This document shows positions 47,546-61,950 of a DNA stretch of 64,000 bases, in pieces. Source of the DNA: Microbotryum violaceum (taxonomy: Eukaryota). Made by a program: the position numbers and the translations under genes. The notes under the pieces were generated by a model. It saw only the letters and a program-made list of their open reading frames with translations. It did no database searches and was not told the DNA's origin. Position 1 is the first letter of the stretch; each line of letters opens with the position of its first letter. Location of the stretch: positions 186,001 to 250,000 of the forward strand of contig CDLV01000005.1 in NCBI GenBank assembly GCA_001244265.2. The letters run 5' to 3'.

Positions 47546-49893
47546 CTAACTCGTGAAAATCCCATTAGAGCATACGCTACATCTTGCATATTTGTTACAT
47601 ACTGGGTACAGAGCCAAAAATCCTACTGACGTGTTAACTACTAGGCACTCTGCGGAAGCAAGACCACTCATCGTTGCGCATTGAGCGAGCATGACTTGAG
47701 GAGGGTTCGGGATCTGGCTGGGTTGAACGAGCCATTGCATAGCCAGTCCTGCGGCCATATGCCACGACAGATGACAATGGAACATCCACATTCCCGGATT
47801 GTCTGCCACGAAACGAAGCACCGTCCAGGTGTACGCGCTCAAAAGGGTCGTATCGCGGTAAAGCGGGTTCGCATTGTTCAAGTTTTGACTCTGGTATCGG
47901 CCGTTGCCGGACCCGACGATCCAAAACTTGTTGCCATGGAGATGGAAGGGGTGATCGCCGTCGTCGTAGTTGTTGATGATGATTTCAACGACCTGTGGCA
48001 ACTGTTTTGAACCCGTTCCCAACTCTGGAACGCTGATGATGAGCTGGGAGTCATTGTAGGTTTTGGCGCCCGTGGTCGTGAAGCCAAGTCCGGAGAACAT
48101 GCTTGCTTGGCCTTGCAAAGGTGACCAAGAAGTCGAGTTGACGAACGATCGCCAGACACCGCTCGGAGTCTCTTGCATCGAAACGCTGACGAGATAGCTG
48201 ACGGTAGCATTGGGAGCGGTCACATATACCGCAGGTACCAGAGACGTGATGTCCATGTCCGAGATTGAATTCGTACCCGATCCGGGATCGAGGCTTATTG
48301 AAGCGGAGTTGGGTAGCGCATCGTCCGCCGCACCATAGCGAATCACTGCAAGCTGATTGTATTGACCGTCGGGTTGAACGTACTGTCAGGTGCGAATGGG
48401 AAGTTGCGATCAGCGGTGAGAAGCAAGCCTCAGAGAATTCTTCGCTGTTCCTTGCAACTCACCGTGTAGGAGTCTTGTGAGACCAGTGATCGCATCCAGT
48501 AGGCGCCAGGAGCTTTGTTCGTAGTTAAAAGGACAGAGTATCTCTGTGCCACTTCAATGTCGAGTCCGGTAACATTGTAGGGGACGATAGGGGTGCCATC
48601 GGCTTCGATGACCGTCAAAACATGATAGTCGACGGAAAATCTGATTGCGGAGAAGGACGCCGAGTTGACCAAACGGAGTCGGTACGTCTTGCCTGGTGCG
48701 AGGGTATAGTTTGCATACGAGGCGTTGGCCGATCCCCACTGCCCGACTCCGTTGATGGTTCCAGAGTCAGGAACGGGCTCGTCTCCCTGTGCCGCACCCG
48801 TGTCGCCTTGGCCTGTGATGCCAGGGGGCGAAAGGTACAGCTCCAATAGGTCGGTGGAGAAGGTGTGGTCTGGCGGTACGGTCCGAATCAGTCTTTGAAA
48901 ATTAACCATATCCCCTGGTCCGGATTAGTCTCACAAAGGTCGTTCATCTGCACCACCACTTCTCCATCGGACGCCGGTACTGTCTCGTTCGTGCCGTGAA
49001 TAATGAGCGCGCCGGCAATACCGTCGGTGTACTGCGTCGAGTAGTGAGAATGCCACCACGTCGTGCCGAAGAAATCCCCGAGAGTGAAGTTGTATACCAA
49101 GGACTTTCCGGGCGGAATGCCGCACTGCAAAAGATGCCACAGTGTCAGATGGGTCCGAGGATCAGCGTTGGGTCTGGCATGGACCGAATAGAACGGGTCG
49201 GCTGTTTAGTTGACAGGAGTAGGCGTTGACTGACCTGAGTGACGGCTGCGGTGCCGTCATAGAAAGGGGTCAAGGGTTGGAAAAGACCGTGCCTGACATC
49301 AAGAGAGGGAGCGCAGCATCCGAGTCAGTCTTCGCGTCTGAATACGAGTTCTCTGCAGCCCCACAAACTCACCAATGAATGGCGGTGGGGTTCGGGAGCT
49401 TGTTCGTGACATTGACGACGATGCGGTCGCCCTGATTTGCTTCGATAGTAGGACCGGGGAACATACCGTTGACGACGAGCATCTTCTTCGAGAAGCCGTC
49501 GGGTGAACCCATTCGCTCTTCGACGACGAACTGGTAGGTTCGAGTTTGCGCCGGTTCTGACCTCATCGCGGCAGCACCGCGCAGAACGAAGTTGCTGGAC
49601 GGCTGTTGCATCACCGCCGACAACGCCGAGGTTGACGAGTTTGATTTCCCATTCGCTGCAGTGGGAGTGATCGAAGTGGAATTGGAGTGGTGGTGTTTCC
49701 TCAGACCAAGTCCAAGTCCGAGTCCCAACGCCACAGCAAGCAACACCAAGGCTGCCGCTGACACGACAATCAGACCACGACGCCGGCCGGATGACTTGAT
49801 ACCGGCCGAGCTATAGGCGACTGCCTCAGGCTCGCCATCCAACTCGGCGTGTTTCTTGTCCGACTCGTTCACGTTGTCGTACTCATTCCGCAT
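47546..49893 (-). CDS. Multicopper oxidase (laccase-like) with N-terminal signal anchor
   Basis: All four Cu motifs: IHW|HG, WWHSH, HPFHLHG, HCHLSWHMAAGL. TM segment GLIVVSAAALVLLAVALGLGLGLGL. The exact 3-prime end is uncertain. Confidence 0.95.
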
Positions 49894-51193
49894 GCTTCGT
49901 CAGGTCGGTCTATCACCAACGCGTCAGTCAGCCGACTCGTTGTATGCCCAGGCGTCGGAAGTACGGTGGCCAGCAAGGCCTCACGAGCTCCCACATTCCT
50001 ACACTTACAGTTCGAGTCCTCAAGTTGTCAATACTGAGGACGAGAGTCCTGAGACAGGCGAAATTTGATGTAGATACTTGACGACGGTTCGGTAGGTAGG
50101 AACCTGAGCCAGTAGGTAGGTCTTCTTCGCTACTCCGAGTCAAAATTTGAAGAATGGTCTCGTCATACGCCCACCTTCGAACGCCGGAGTCCATGCGGAC
50201 CCAGGCACAGCTCTCTCGAGCTAGCGCGAGGGAACGACGAATGACAATTGACCATCTCTCAGCGCAAGTTCAACACCGAGCACATCTCCCCGAAGTGATC
50301 AAACATAGGTAGGCAGATTATTTTATAGCAGGCGAGAGGAAGCTCCAAAAATAGCCTCGCGCGCGCACGTTCGACTCTGCCGACAGCCTCAGCTACGACA
50401 CGGCTTGAAATTCGGGCAACGTGCGCGAACATCCAGCCTCAGGCCATACAAGGGTGAGTAGGCATTAGGCGAGTGACACTTCGTAATCTTCTGGAAGATT
50501 TCGTATCAGTCCCTTATTAACGCTCTGCAGATGAGAGGTATCCAGGCCGTAACATAATGAGGTCATTTGGCAATACACATTTTCTCCGACGGGGATGGGT
50601 AGTCGAGAATGATTTCGCAAGGCAACCGCAGGCGGCGAAGCAGGTCGTCAGCCTCATCGCAGTGATTCAACCTGCCATACGGCTCGGCATTAGCGATTTT
50701 TTGAGTACGTTCATCTCAAAATCCTTGCCTCAGACCTGCTGCCGCTTTGGCTTCCGAATGGTTGTGTACACGCGCTCTGCTGCGGCGCGCCGGCCGGAGC
50801 GCCGAAGTGTTGAGGCCGGATCGTGCTCGCCGCCGCCGCCGCCGGGGGTGGAAACTCAAAACTCTCGACTCTCCATTTTAGTGCCACGTTGTGGCAAAGC
50901 GCTTCTCTGTAGGTTATAGCTCAAGCCTGATCGGCTTGTATTTTTAGACTCAATGAAGCGCCCGCCGTGTGTCTTAGTGGATGTGTGTCGCTCCCAGTGC
51001 AGTGGGCGGTCACGATCAGCGGTGATCAATGTGCCACACTCATTACCACCAGTCGCGGAGATCTGTCACGGAGAAGAACCTGAGGTCAGTGCACAAACTT
51101 CCCCTCGCTCTTCTCTTCTTACTCTCTTCTGTCACACCAGAGCTTCCTCAGACACCTCAAACAAACGTCAAAGGAGCAGTATCGATACCCAAA

Positions 51194-53088
51194 ATGCGAT
51201 CCGCCGTATTGTCCTTCGCCTCCCTCGCCGCCGCCGCCCAGCTCGTTGCGGCCGAGATTTCGACCCCCTTTTCACCGCCGAGCACGTCTCCGACGTCGCA
51301 GACCACGAACTACACGGGCGCCTCAAACGGCACCTTGACCAATGGTCCCGTTGTTGCGGGAAAGTCTTTTGATCGGTAAGAAACCAAGTCGTACGATGAA
51401 CAATCCCATATTTGCGCGCGCTGATGAAGTCTTTGCTTGTCTGTCAACAGCTTCATCCAGATCTGGCTCGAAAACACCGACTTCGCCACCGGTGAGTTTT
51501 ATACGCCACACCCTTGTAATCGTCGGATATGGATCGGGCAATGGAAAAGCACAGCCATCATCCCAAGCGGTGCCTGCACACGCTCTACAGGGTTAAGAGC
51601 TGCCGTGCTGACTGCAGAGTCTTCTCCGGGCTATCTTGTGTAACCCAGCTGCGTCTTCTCCCACCTTCCAAAAGTTGGCCGGTGAGGGTGTCACGTTGAC
51701 CTCGTACTATGGTGTCACTCACCCTTCGGAGCCCAACTACATCGCGTACGTCTACATTGCAGCTACCACAACTCGACTGCGCAAACTGACTGCTATGCCG
51801 TGACCTCGCTTACACCGTGCTCGTCGTGTTATATTCCTTCTACAGCGCTGCAACCGGCGACTTCTTTGGTCTCGACAACGATCAATTCCGTGCTCTACCC
51901 AAGAACGTGTCGACGATCGTCGATTTGCTCGAGGCCAAAAATATCTCATGGGCGTCCTACCAAGAGAACATGCCCTATGATGGATTTACCGGCTTCAACT
52001 ACACCGAAAACAACTACCTCACGGGCAACGCTTCGCAGCACTACACCTACTACGTCCGCAAGTGAGTTTGGTGGCTCAGCTTGCCGCGCGCTCTCGTTCT
52101 GGCGACGCTCAGCCCGCAATTTCTGAATGGACGCTGACGCGCCGGAAGCAAACTCGCTTGATATTTTTCCACTAGGCACAACCCTACAATTATCTGCAAC
52201 TCGGTCGCTGGCGTCGAGTCGAGGGGTCTCCGCCACCGGAACTTCAACGACCTCGCCGCGGATGTCACCGCCGGCAAGGTTTCCCAGTGGGTTTTCATCA
52301 CACCCAACCTGGTCAACGATGCCCACGACACCAACATCGATTTCACCTCAGCGTGGCTAGAGTACTTCCTGGCGCCTCTGCTCCAAAACCCCAACTTCAA
52401 CGACAACCGCACGTTGATCTTGTTGACCTTTGACGAGAACGAAACCTACACTATCGCGAACCAGATCTGGACGCTCGCTCTCGGCGGTGCACTGCCCTCG
52501 AGCCTCATGAACAAGACCGATGATAATTACTACACCCACTACTCGAGTCTCAGCACGGTAGAGGCCAACTGGGGCCTCGGCACACTCGGTCGTGGTGATG
52601 CCAACAAGACTATGAACAACGTTTACAGCTGGGTGGCGAACGCGACCGACGTCTCGCTCAACGGCCTCACCGGCAACAGTACTTTGCCCTTGACCAATTT
52701 GACGGGCGTCTTCCCCGGACCTCTTAACGCCGACCAATGGACCCCCGTGCTTGCGCCTGCTATTTTGAACGCGACCTCGCCCACGGGCGGCGCTATCTTT
52801 GTCGACGCGTCTGTCGACCGATCGCTCACCTCGTTCACCCCTATCAACTTGACTGCGCTCGGCGTCTCGACCCCTCAATCAGTCGACCCCGGCTTTGACT
52901 ATTCGTCCGGCAAATTAGTCCTCGCCTCCGTCGCGAACGCCAACACCACCTCTTCTTCAGCTCGTGGTACAGCCACCGGCAGCTCAGTGGCTGCTTCAAC
53001 GACGACCAAGTCGTCCGCGTCCGGAGCTGAGAAATTGGTGATTCCCGCCACGGGCCTCTTTGTGGCAGCTTTGGCTTTGGTATTGTAA
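51194..53088 (+). CDS. Secreted, probably GPI-anchored acid phosphatase (phosphoesterase family)
   Basis: Signal peptide, FDR|FIQIWLENTD, VTHPSEPNYIA, YVRK|HNP, NDAHDT, LTFDENE, YTHYSSLSTVEANWGL, S/T-rich tail and hydrophobic C-terminus. Confidence 0.93.
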
Positions 53089-54229
53089 AGGGATGTTCTC
53101 GAAGCTGGTAAGGGTCTAAAATTGAATAACTTAAAAAGGTACAATGTTACCTGACAGAGCCCAGACGTTCTTTGGTGCAATGGATGGTTATCTGCATGGC
53201 AGTGAACCGCTTGAATGGTAAGACCTCGAGCTGTACCCTGGTGACCTGCACTTCCCCTCCAATGAAATGGATCAGCAAGTGCTATACTCGTATAGTAGAT
53301 GCTGTAGATGCGCATGTTTGGTCACAGCCTCCGCTGGTGCCGTTGTAGAACGGACCAAATTAAAACAATCTCACGAGCAGTCCTTGGCCCACACTTCAAT
53401 CCCTGACCAAGATGTTAGAAGTGGGGCCTGAGAGCCTAACTCTTTTCTATTAGCCTTGTTAATTCTTTATTCTGCGTGCGCGCCTATCTCTGTCTTTGCG
53501 TCTTTTTTCTTTTCTGGTCTTCTTCTCCACGCTATTCTCATCATCTCACTCGTGTATCTCGGAGCTGAGTCGTGGAGTATCTCTTAGTCCTTATCTGTAA
53601 AACAGGAGATACATTTCAAGTCGCCAACTGCACTAGCGACCCAGAATGAATAGGCTGCCAGGCTGGGAACCGGCACCGCAACCGAACGCCACTGCCGATC
53701 AATCTGCTCAGTCTTCGACTCGGAGGCGGAAGCAGACGATGCGAGATTTCTCCGCGTCAGACGCACTGGGAACAGTACATCAATTGTAGGTGACAGAAGG
53801 ATTCCTGAAAAGCATCTTTGGCCTTTGGGGCTGTCTGCATGCCCCTGCGAGACGAACAGTTTTCTGCAGTGGGGTGCAGTGGAACGCCGGACTCCGATCT
53901 TCGAGTTGCTCGCGAAAACCTGGATGCTTGTGGGCATCGCCCTTTTCTCTTGGTCGAAAACATGACATACGCTTGGAGCCCACAAAAAACACATATATAA
54001 AAACCTTGTACGTTCGACGTAGTCTGGGTGTGTCGTGCTCTTAGTTTTCTTTTTGCTGAAGCTGCAGCAAGCCTGCTCGGCTCGTCGGACACACCTCGAA
54101 CACTCTCGGCCGCGTGACCGCGGTTGAAGCTGCTTGAAGGTGCCGCAGGCGGGACGAGCGCGGTCGATCGCCGTCGAGGCTCTGTTCAACCACCTACGAC
54201 CCGCTCTATCTTCACCAACCACTTTCGCG

Positions 54230-55437
54230 ATGTCGATCATGTTCCCTCGTTTGGCCGGAAAGACGGTACTCATCACTGGTGCATCAGGTCAGTCCTCTTC
54301 TCGTGCTATGATGGCTGCTGCAGCTGTGGCAGTTGCTCACTGTTGTCATCAACCCCCCACCTCTTGCCCGCCTCTCCTGCTTCCTACCCTCTTCGTTTCC
54401 GACACTCGCGCATCATCATCCTCAACGGGATCTAGGTGGCATCGGAGCCGAGACGGCAATCTTGTTCGCTCGATGTGGTGCCAACCTAGTCCTCACCGCT
54501 CGTCGACAACCGCAACTGGAGGAGGTCGCCAAGTTGGCCAAAGAAGCCAATGCGCAAGGCGGCACCGGTCAAGGTGGACAGGTCGAATGCTTGACCTTGG
54601 ATATGCAGGATCGCAAGGCCGTCAAAGGCCTTTTGGATAGAATCCCGAAAAAGCTGAGGCTTGTTGATGTGTTGGTCAACAAGTGAGTCTTGCTCGCGCG
54701 ATTTATGAAGCTTTTTCTCTTGCCTCCTTCCGTCTGTCTGACCATTCTAACTGATCTCAACTCTAGCGCCGGCTTGGTCCATGGAACGGAAAAGATCGGC
54801 GACATCTTGGATGATGACATCGACACCATGATTGACACCAACGTGCGAGGTCTGATCACCTTAACTCAGATCATGGTCAAGGAGATGAAGAGTCGTTCGC
54901 CCACGAGTGGTCACATCATCAACCTCGGATCCATCGGTCAGTTCATCCTAATGCTGGCGTTTCATGCTATATTATTGACTCTGATTACAATTTTCTCCCT
55001 CCAGCCGGCAAGGAGGCCTACCCAGGGGGCGCGATCTACTGCGCGACCAAATTCGCCGTCCACGCCTTCACGACCTCGCTAATGAAGGAACTGATGTCGA
55101 CTCGCATCCGCGTGACACTCATCTGCCCCGGTATGGTCGAGACGCAGTTCTCTGTCACCCGTTTCCGAGGGGACAAGTCCGCCGCCGACCAGGTGTACGA
55201 GGGCAAGGAACCGCTGGTCGCTCAGGACATTGCCGAGGAGATCGTTTGGGCCGCTTCGAGGCCAGGTGAGTCAAGAGCTGTCGGGGTGATTTGAGGGATG
55301 CTGCTGTCCTCGATCAGGGCTGATAAATGCAAGGCTACCTGGATCATACAGCTCACGTCAACATCGCGGATGTGCTCATCTTCCCCAAGTGCCAGTCGGG
55401 AGCGGGTGGACTCGTGCACAAGGGTCCACTGGCCTAG
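54230..55437 (+). CDS. Short-chain dehydrogenase, YMR226C/YdfG-like NADP-dependent 3-hydroxy acid dehydrogenase
   Basis: TGAS|GGIG, LVN..AGL, YCATK, PGMVETQFSVTRFRGDK, HVNIADVLIFP. Confidence 0.92.
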
Positions 55438-55622
55438 GATCTACTTTATACGAAGGAAAACTCTCTTGGTACCTTGAAGTGAAACTTTGTATCAGGGATG
55501 ACCGCCATCTGTGCGGGGCCCGAGAGTGAGCAGAGAGCACGCCGGACTGTGAGTCTTCGAGCGCGGCGTTAGTTCCGGTCACGTGATGTGGGTCGCGGAC
55601 CAGGAAGCACGCCCCTAATTAA

Positions 55623-55639
55623 ACGCGTCGCGTCGCGTC
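55623..55639. promoter_or_regulatory. Clustered MCB-like elements upstream of the Rif1-like gene
   Basis: ACGCGTCGCGTCGCGTC about 280 bp upstream of ATG 55914. ACGCGT is the fungal MluI cell-cycle box. Confidence 0.5.
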
Positions 55640-55913
55640 ACCGGGCGAGACAAGACGATTGTGCTGGTTGACATTTTTTTTTGCAGTATAGCGTTAAGAA
55701 GCATGATCAGATCAAGTCAATGATATTACCCCTGCGAGCGATATGGACGCGACCTGGGAAACGTGAAAATTCAGTGTGATCCGATGCGACGGCCGCCGGC
55801 ATGTGGTCGGGATTGGCGCCTCCCCTCCGAGTCCCAATCCACTCCCACCCACCCACACTCGCCGATTTCCTCTGCATCGTCGCCTTGGGTGCGTTCCCTC
55901 CTGTCAGTTCGAG

Positions 55914-58900
55914 ATGGCTGCAACTGCGATGCATGCTCGAGTGCCCCCCTCGCTAGGTGCTGTCACCTCGACGCGGAGCGCGTTCTCGCCGACTCCGAGC
56001 GCGCCGAGCAGCAGCGGCCTCAGCAGCGAGATGGATCCGCCTTCGTCGTCGCCGACCAAACCAGATCGACCGACTCCCACCGCGGCTGGCCGACGGTCCT
56101 TATTGTTCAAGAGGTCCAACTCGAGCTCTTCATCTTCTTCGCCTTCGATGGGTCTGTTTGGAGCGCTCGTCGACTCTTCGCTGTCGTCGTCGGCGGGGTC
56201 AGCCTCACCGGCGACCTGGTCACGTCGGCGTAGTCGGTCCAAGGAGAACGGTGAGACCGACTACTTCACTTCGCGACCCGTTGAATCGTCACTACTGTCA
56301 AGCTCGACCCCCGACTCTCCTTCGAGTTCGAGTTCGTGCAAGCGACGTCGGGTGATGTTTGCGTCGAAACCTTTGCCCAGTCTCGACGCGTCGCCGACTC
56401 GGAGCAGCAAAGCAGCGCGTGCGAACGCGACCACCCCTGCCTCAGTCTCAGCCTCAGCCTCAGTCTCAGCCTCGCTCTCCTTTGCTGCCGCCATCCGCGC
56501 ACCCGGATTATACCACACCGCTTCTTCGTCATCGTATTCCTCATCGGACTCGAGGAGGAAGCAACAATGTCGCCGGCGCATCTACTCGGACCAGTCTCCG
56601 CCCTCGATCCTCGCAGCGACTCATCACGATGACGAAGTGCCGGATACGGACGCGCCCTCGCCTTCGTTGAGGTTCCTGCAGCACCACCACCACCCTCAGC
56701 GTCACCAACACCAGCATCTCACCGGAACCAAGTCAGGGAATGGCTTGGGATCGTCACCTTTGGGCGCACCTTCGTTCCTCCTACCGTCACCTCCGCCTTC
56801 GCAGCCGCGAGTCGGCGCACCTGGACTCTGTTCGGCGAGCACCACCGCGGCCGACCAAGACGAAGAGGACGATGAAGAAGACAACGACGAGGACGAAGAA
56901 GAGGCGATTGAACAACTCTTGCTCATCAACTCGCCGGCGAAAGTCGCTTTCGCTGCAGCATCACCCTGCCCCTCCTTCCTCGGTCTGCCGACACCCCCAC
57001 CTTCGTCCGACTCGGATCAGCCACCCCCGTCGTCCTCGTGCACACACGACGAGTCCCACATTAGAGGCATCCTCAAGCCGTTCGATCAAGGTACGGCTGG
57101 TGTAGGCGAGTCCACCAGGTGCGCCGAAGAGGGTAAGCGGAAGAACGGCCGACGACACCACCCGCTGCGCTTCGACCTCGACGCGGCCAAGAACGACGAG
57201 GCTTTGCTCATACCTCCTGTGCTTTGGTCGACCTGCTCGAACACGGTGGGAGCGGAACGCCACAGGGGATCGACGGGGACGAGGGAACAACAGGGTTCAG
57301 GTTCTGCGTCGAATAAGGGCAAAGGTCCCTTCACTTCGTCCTCGAGACGGGCTGGACACACTTCGGCGAAGACCAACGGTCAGGACGATGGCGACGACGA
57401 GGACGAGCAAAAGCGACGACCGGCGGGAGCTACCACGGGCCAAGACTCAACGGCCAAGCCTGCCGCCAAGGAGCTGGACCCGGAAGACCCCTGTTGGTTA
57501 CTTGGACCTCTGCAAGCTCTGCGGGGATCTCTGCGAGAGATCGCACATCCGTTCATTCGCCCCGTCGTGCCAAAGCCCGACGACGAGCCCCTCGAAGCCG
57601 ATCATCCGTCGCCATGGGCTATCCCGCTCGAACTCTACAACGTCGAAGACGCCTACGTTCGATTGACTTGGGCCCTCACCCGCCTGCACCCCGAGACCAT
57701 CGTCGATGGCATCAAAACCCTCTCGCCTTTGGTCGATTTCAGGGTTACGCTCAAAACGTGCCTCGTCCGTGACTTGGCCAACATCCCCTCGTTCCCTGCC
57801 TGGGTCGAAGAGACTCGAAGACAGGCCAAGTTGGACGAAGAGCTTCGATCGCGACAAGCTGGCCACCACGATGATGCGATGCGCGTCGATAGCAGCGACG
57901 GTATCGTCTCGAGTTCGCCGACGCGCAAGGCCCCTCCTCCGAAGCCGACGACGGGCCCGAAAAAGTCGAGCTATTCTGAGCAAGAGATGACTCGATTGCG
58001 TGACGAGGTTGGGGTCGCTCAGGCTGCGATCAAGTGCTTTAGCTCGATCGCTCGTTCAGAGATATTTAGCTCGTTGCTTAAACGTGAGTGCTCTTTTCAG
58101 TTTGATTGCGAGGCATTCTGAGGCTTGAGTCTGAACGCAAGCTCGCTTTAATCACTCGCAGCGGCCGACATCGATGCGATCCTCACAACGATGCTCTCCA
58201 TCCCTTATCAACACGGCCTTGCACCTCTCGTCTGCAAGGACGTCTTCCCCTTCATCTCTTTCTTTCTGCGCATGCAGCGGTTACCCTCAGCGACGATCGA
58301 CCGTCATTTCCCGTCGCTTATTGTAACACTTTCGATGACCCTGAACCAAAATGACAAGAACCGCGTCAATCTTGGCGAATCGCTTTCGACCTTGTCGACT
58401 CTCTTCGAGACCCACCCGCGAGCGCTCCTCGAAGCCGTCGATGACTGGTTCATCTTGGCAGCCCGAGGATTGTGGGATACGGCCAAGCGGGGCGCGACGG
58501 TCAGGAATCGCGCCTTGATGGTCTTGACCAAGCTTGCTCGCGAATTCGTCAAGCATGATCAGGATGAAGATTCGGCTTGGGCTGAGCACAAGAGTGCGCT
58601 GCGACGACGGGTTGCCGTTCAGATGCTGGTTAGTCAGCGATCTTCTTTGACGTGGAATGGTTCTGGTACATGTACTAACGAATCATTCTATCGGCTTTGC
58701 AGTCTCTGATGACAGAAATTAGAACGCAAGGCCACGCCCGGGTCACTGGTCTCGCTGTCCTGATTGGCCAGATCAACGCCTCCTTGCCGGCTGCTCCGGC
58801 CACTGAAGGACCTCAAGCGAGGATCGACGAGACGCCTTACCTATGGCTCATCCACTTCCTCGGTGTCCTTCCCATCTTGATGGGCCCTTCGTTCCACAAG

Positions 58901-61900
58901 ATTGAACAAAAAGGTATCCGACCTTACTGCGACCTCTTCCGTCACCTCGAAGTTGCCCCCGCCCCGGCCTATCTGCGACCCCTGTCCGCATTGGCATGGT
59001 CCCACGTTGCTCACGCTTTCGCCATCATTCCTGGGACCAACGATCCGGATGACCTGTGGGTGATGAGACCGGATGGGAAACCTATCAATGTGCTCTTGAG
59101 CATGCTCAACCATCGCAATCAGCTGTCTTGGACCTTCCCTGCTTCACCGCTTCCAGCTTCCGGTCCGAACCTCGCGCCCGCTTCCGCCACTGCCGATACC
59201 GCGGCTGTGGGAGAAGACGCACAGACGACATCGACCGTTGCCGGTGCCACTCCTGCTGTCCCAGGTCCCACAAGCCCTTCTCGACGCACGTCCCACAAAC
59301 TGCACACCGAGGCTTTGGCTCGATTGGTCACCTCGCTGATCGGCGGTTTGGGCGAGGCTGTACTCGGCAGCTGTGGCGGATCAACGAGCGAACGCGCCCA
59401 ACGGCAATTCAGTCAGGTCTTTGAGATGGTCGCACCTAAGCACCTCGTCTCGGTCATGACCTCGTCTTTCGAAGAGACGCAACGCGTAGGTTGGGATACG
59501 TTGGCCGCGATCGTTCGTCCCTCTACAAAGGGAGAAGGGAAGGTCCCCAAGGTTGTCCAAGAGCAGTGCTTGGATCGTTTGATGGTTTTGGACGTATTCA
59601 TGAACCCGAGGATTCTCGAGCTCGGCAAGGACTCTAGACGCACGTTCGAACTGACGCGTCGGGCTATCGACTCGACCGGCGATCCGAGCAAGATCAAAGG
59701 TTGGGGCTCGATGTGGACGACGGAGAGGATCGACTTCATCCTTGAGATTGTTCTCAGTGGAGCACAGATGTGGGACGCGGCTCAGCTTCGACTTGATCCT
59801 GCTCGTGGATTCGAACTCCCCGTTTTTGCGGTGAGTCATCTTCGCTCGCTCGGTCGACTAATCCACAGATGTTTTGGGGCTGATTTGAGCGTTGTTCGTT
59901 TCTGCAGATGGGTATACTTCCCGTGTGGCTCAACATCCTAGCCTGCTTTGAAGAGCGCCCCGAGTCAGATCATGCGCTCTTAAAGGTCATCAACTGGCTT
60001 CACATGCTCTTGGCAAGCGAACATGTACCCACTCAAGGGATGTCGGCCACGAGTCTCGCCCTTCGGCTCTTGCCTTCCTTCGTCCACTCCATGAGCGATA
60101 TACTGCTCTCCCTTCCGGTAAAGCAAGATGGCCAGAACGCTCTCGGGCACCTCATTGCAACCCTTGTCGCCTCGAGGCCGCATGCTGCTCACGTGGACGT
60201 CGAGGCCTTCGATGTGACCCTTCGGTCAGTCCTCAAGGCCTCGCTTGGCGCGGAACCGGCCGGTCTGAATTTGATTCTAGACAATGCTCCCGACGAGGAA
60301 GTGAGTCAAAATCGTCGCGTCTGTCCCGAAGCTCAGAGTATTGAATGCTGACCATTCGTTCCCACTCAGTTCCTCTCCCTCTGCTCGTTCGCTCTCACCG
60401 AGGTCGCTCCGATGTTGAGCTCAACGGCCGCTGGCTTGGTCAGGTTCACCCCCCTCCTGCTCCAAGTTCAACGCGTGCTCGACATCATGGAAAACGACTC
60501 GCAGCACCAGTTCGCCGAGCAAAGTGTGCGCATCATTGTCGCCACCCGCAATCTATGGAACTCCATGTTCGCAACGCTCGAGCTCTCTCCCGAGGTTGAG
60601 ACGATCGTCGCGCTTTTGATGCACTTTGAGGACATCGCGACTCAGGCGACCGCGTCGGCTTCACAAGTCGTCGAGACAATGATTGAGGATGACGGTGCTA
60701 AGGCTTCTTCGGCGAATGCTATGGAAGATGATGCTGCGGGAAGTAGCGAGGCCAACGCCATCGTCACTTCAGCACCGACCGATCCCGCACCTGCTCAGCC
60801 TCTTCGAACGCTCGAGAGCGAGCCGCTTACGGCCAGTGACACTGCCTCACGCCCTATCGCCGCCTTGCCGACTTCAGCTTACCAAGGCGATGCTTCTGCG
60901 CCGATTCCGGAGGATGGAAGCCTCGAGTCGTCGCTCGAAGAAGAGTCGCCGGCTCTCGATCGACCCCTTGCTCCGATTTCGTCTTCGCTCGGCCTCGAAC
61001 GAGTTGACGAGGGTATCCCCGCCTCGCTGCGACAGCCTTCGCCGGAGAGCTCTGTCAGCGTGCTTGAGGAGACGCCGCTTGAGGTCGAGCAGAAGCGGGT
61101 TCAGAGTTCGATCCTGGACGCTTCAGCCGCCATAGCGCAAGCAGACGTCGTCGCCGAGGAGGAGGCGATGGAGGCCCAGATCAAGGTCAAGGAAGAGGTC
61201 ATTCCGTCGTCCGCCAACGATGCGTCTCTCGAGGAGCCAGCTCGGCAGGTGTCGATGCCCGCTTTTGTTCCGCCCTTCGGACCCATTGCACGCCCCCGTG
61301 CTTCAGACTCGATCATCATTGAGGACAGCGACTGGTCGGACGACGGGATGCTCATTCCTGCGCTCGTTTCGAAGCGATCATCGCAAGCTTCCTCGAGCGC
61401 TGGATCGAAGAAACGGGGTGGTCGACCTGCTTCCGTCGCAGGCAAAGTCCCTCGATCGACTCCGATCGTTCCTTCCATCTCTTCGGAACCGGTTGGATCG
61501 AATGACGTCGAGCCGAGTCCTGCTCGTTCGCTCAAGCGTCGTCGCTCGTCGTCAACGTTCTCTCTCGAAATTGAATCGTACCAGCCTCCTCGCCGCAAGT
61601 TGGCAACGTCGGCTCGTTCAAAAGGCAAGCAACGAGAGGTATCAAATACCCAAGCCGATGGTGAGGTGATTTCGTCTTCACCCATCGCTTCGTTATTCAA
61701 ATCTCCGGTCGCCAGAGATGGAGCCGAAACTTCTTCCGCTGTGGGCTCGCCTACGTCTTCGCTTTCAAGAGGGTTGAAGGATTCGCTTCGAAGTATCTTG
61801 GCCGGACCGGTCGATCAGATTGTCCGTACAGCTTGGGACATTGGAGGGGTGACGGGTTTGAACACGTTGATCGAGGTGGGGGAACAGGCTCGAGCTTTTT

Positions 61901-61950
61901 TGGAGAGGATGAAGCGAGGCCGTGAGACGGCGAGTCCGGGTCGTGGGTGA
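55914..61950 (+). CDS. RIF1: Rif1-like telomere/replication-timing protein (multi-exon)
   Basis: Very large protein. Disordered N-terminus with RRVMF and GILK PP1-type motifs, helical core (VEDAYVRL..CLVRDL, EQEMTRLRDEVGVAQAAIK) and long acidic disordered C-terminus. Assigned from architecture and recalled motifs. Confidence 0.7.

Noticed and set aside
53584-54276. 230-aa minus-strand ORF
   Set aside because: No recognisable motifs and it overlaps the SDR start on the opposite strand; likely spurious.
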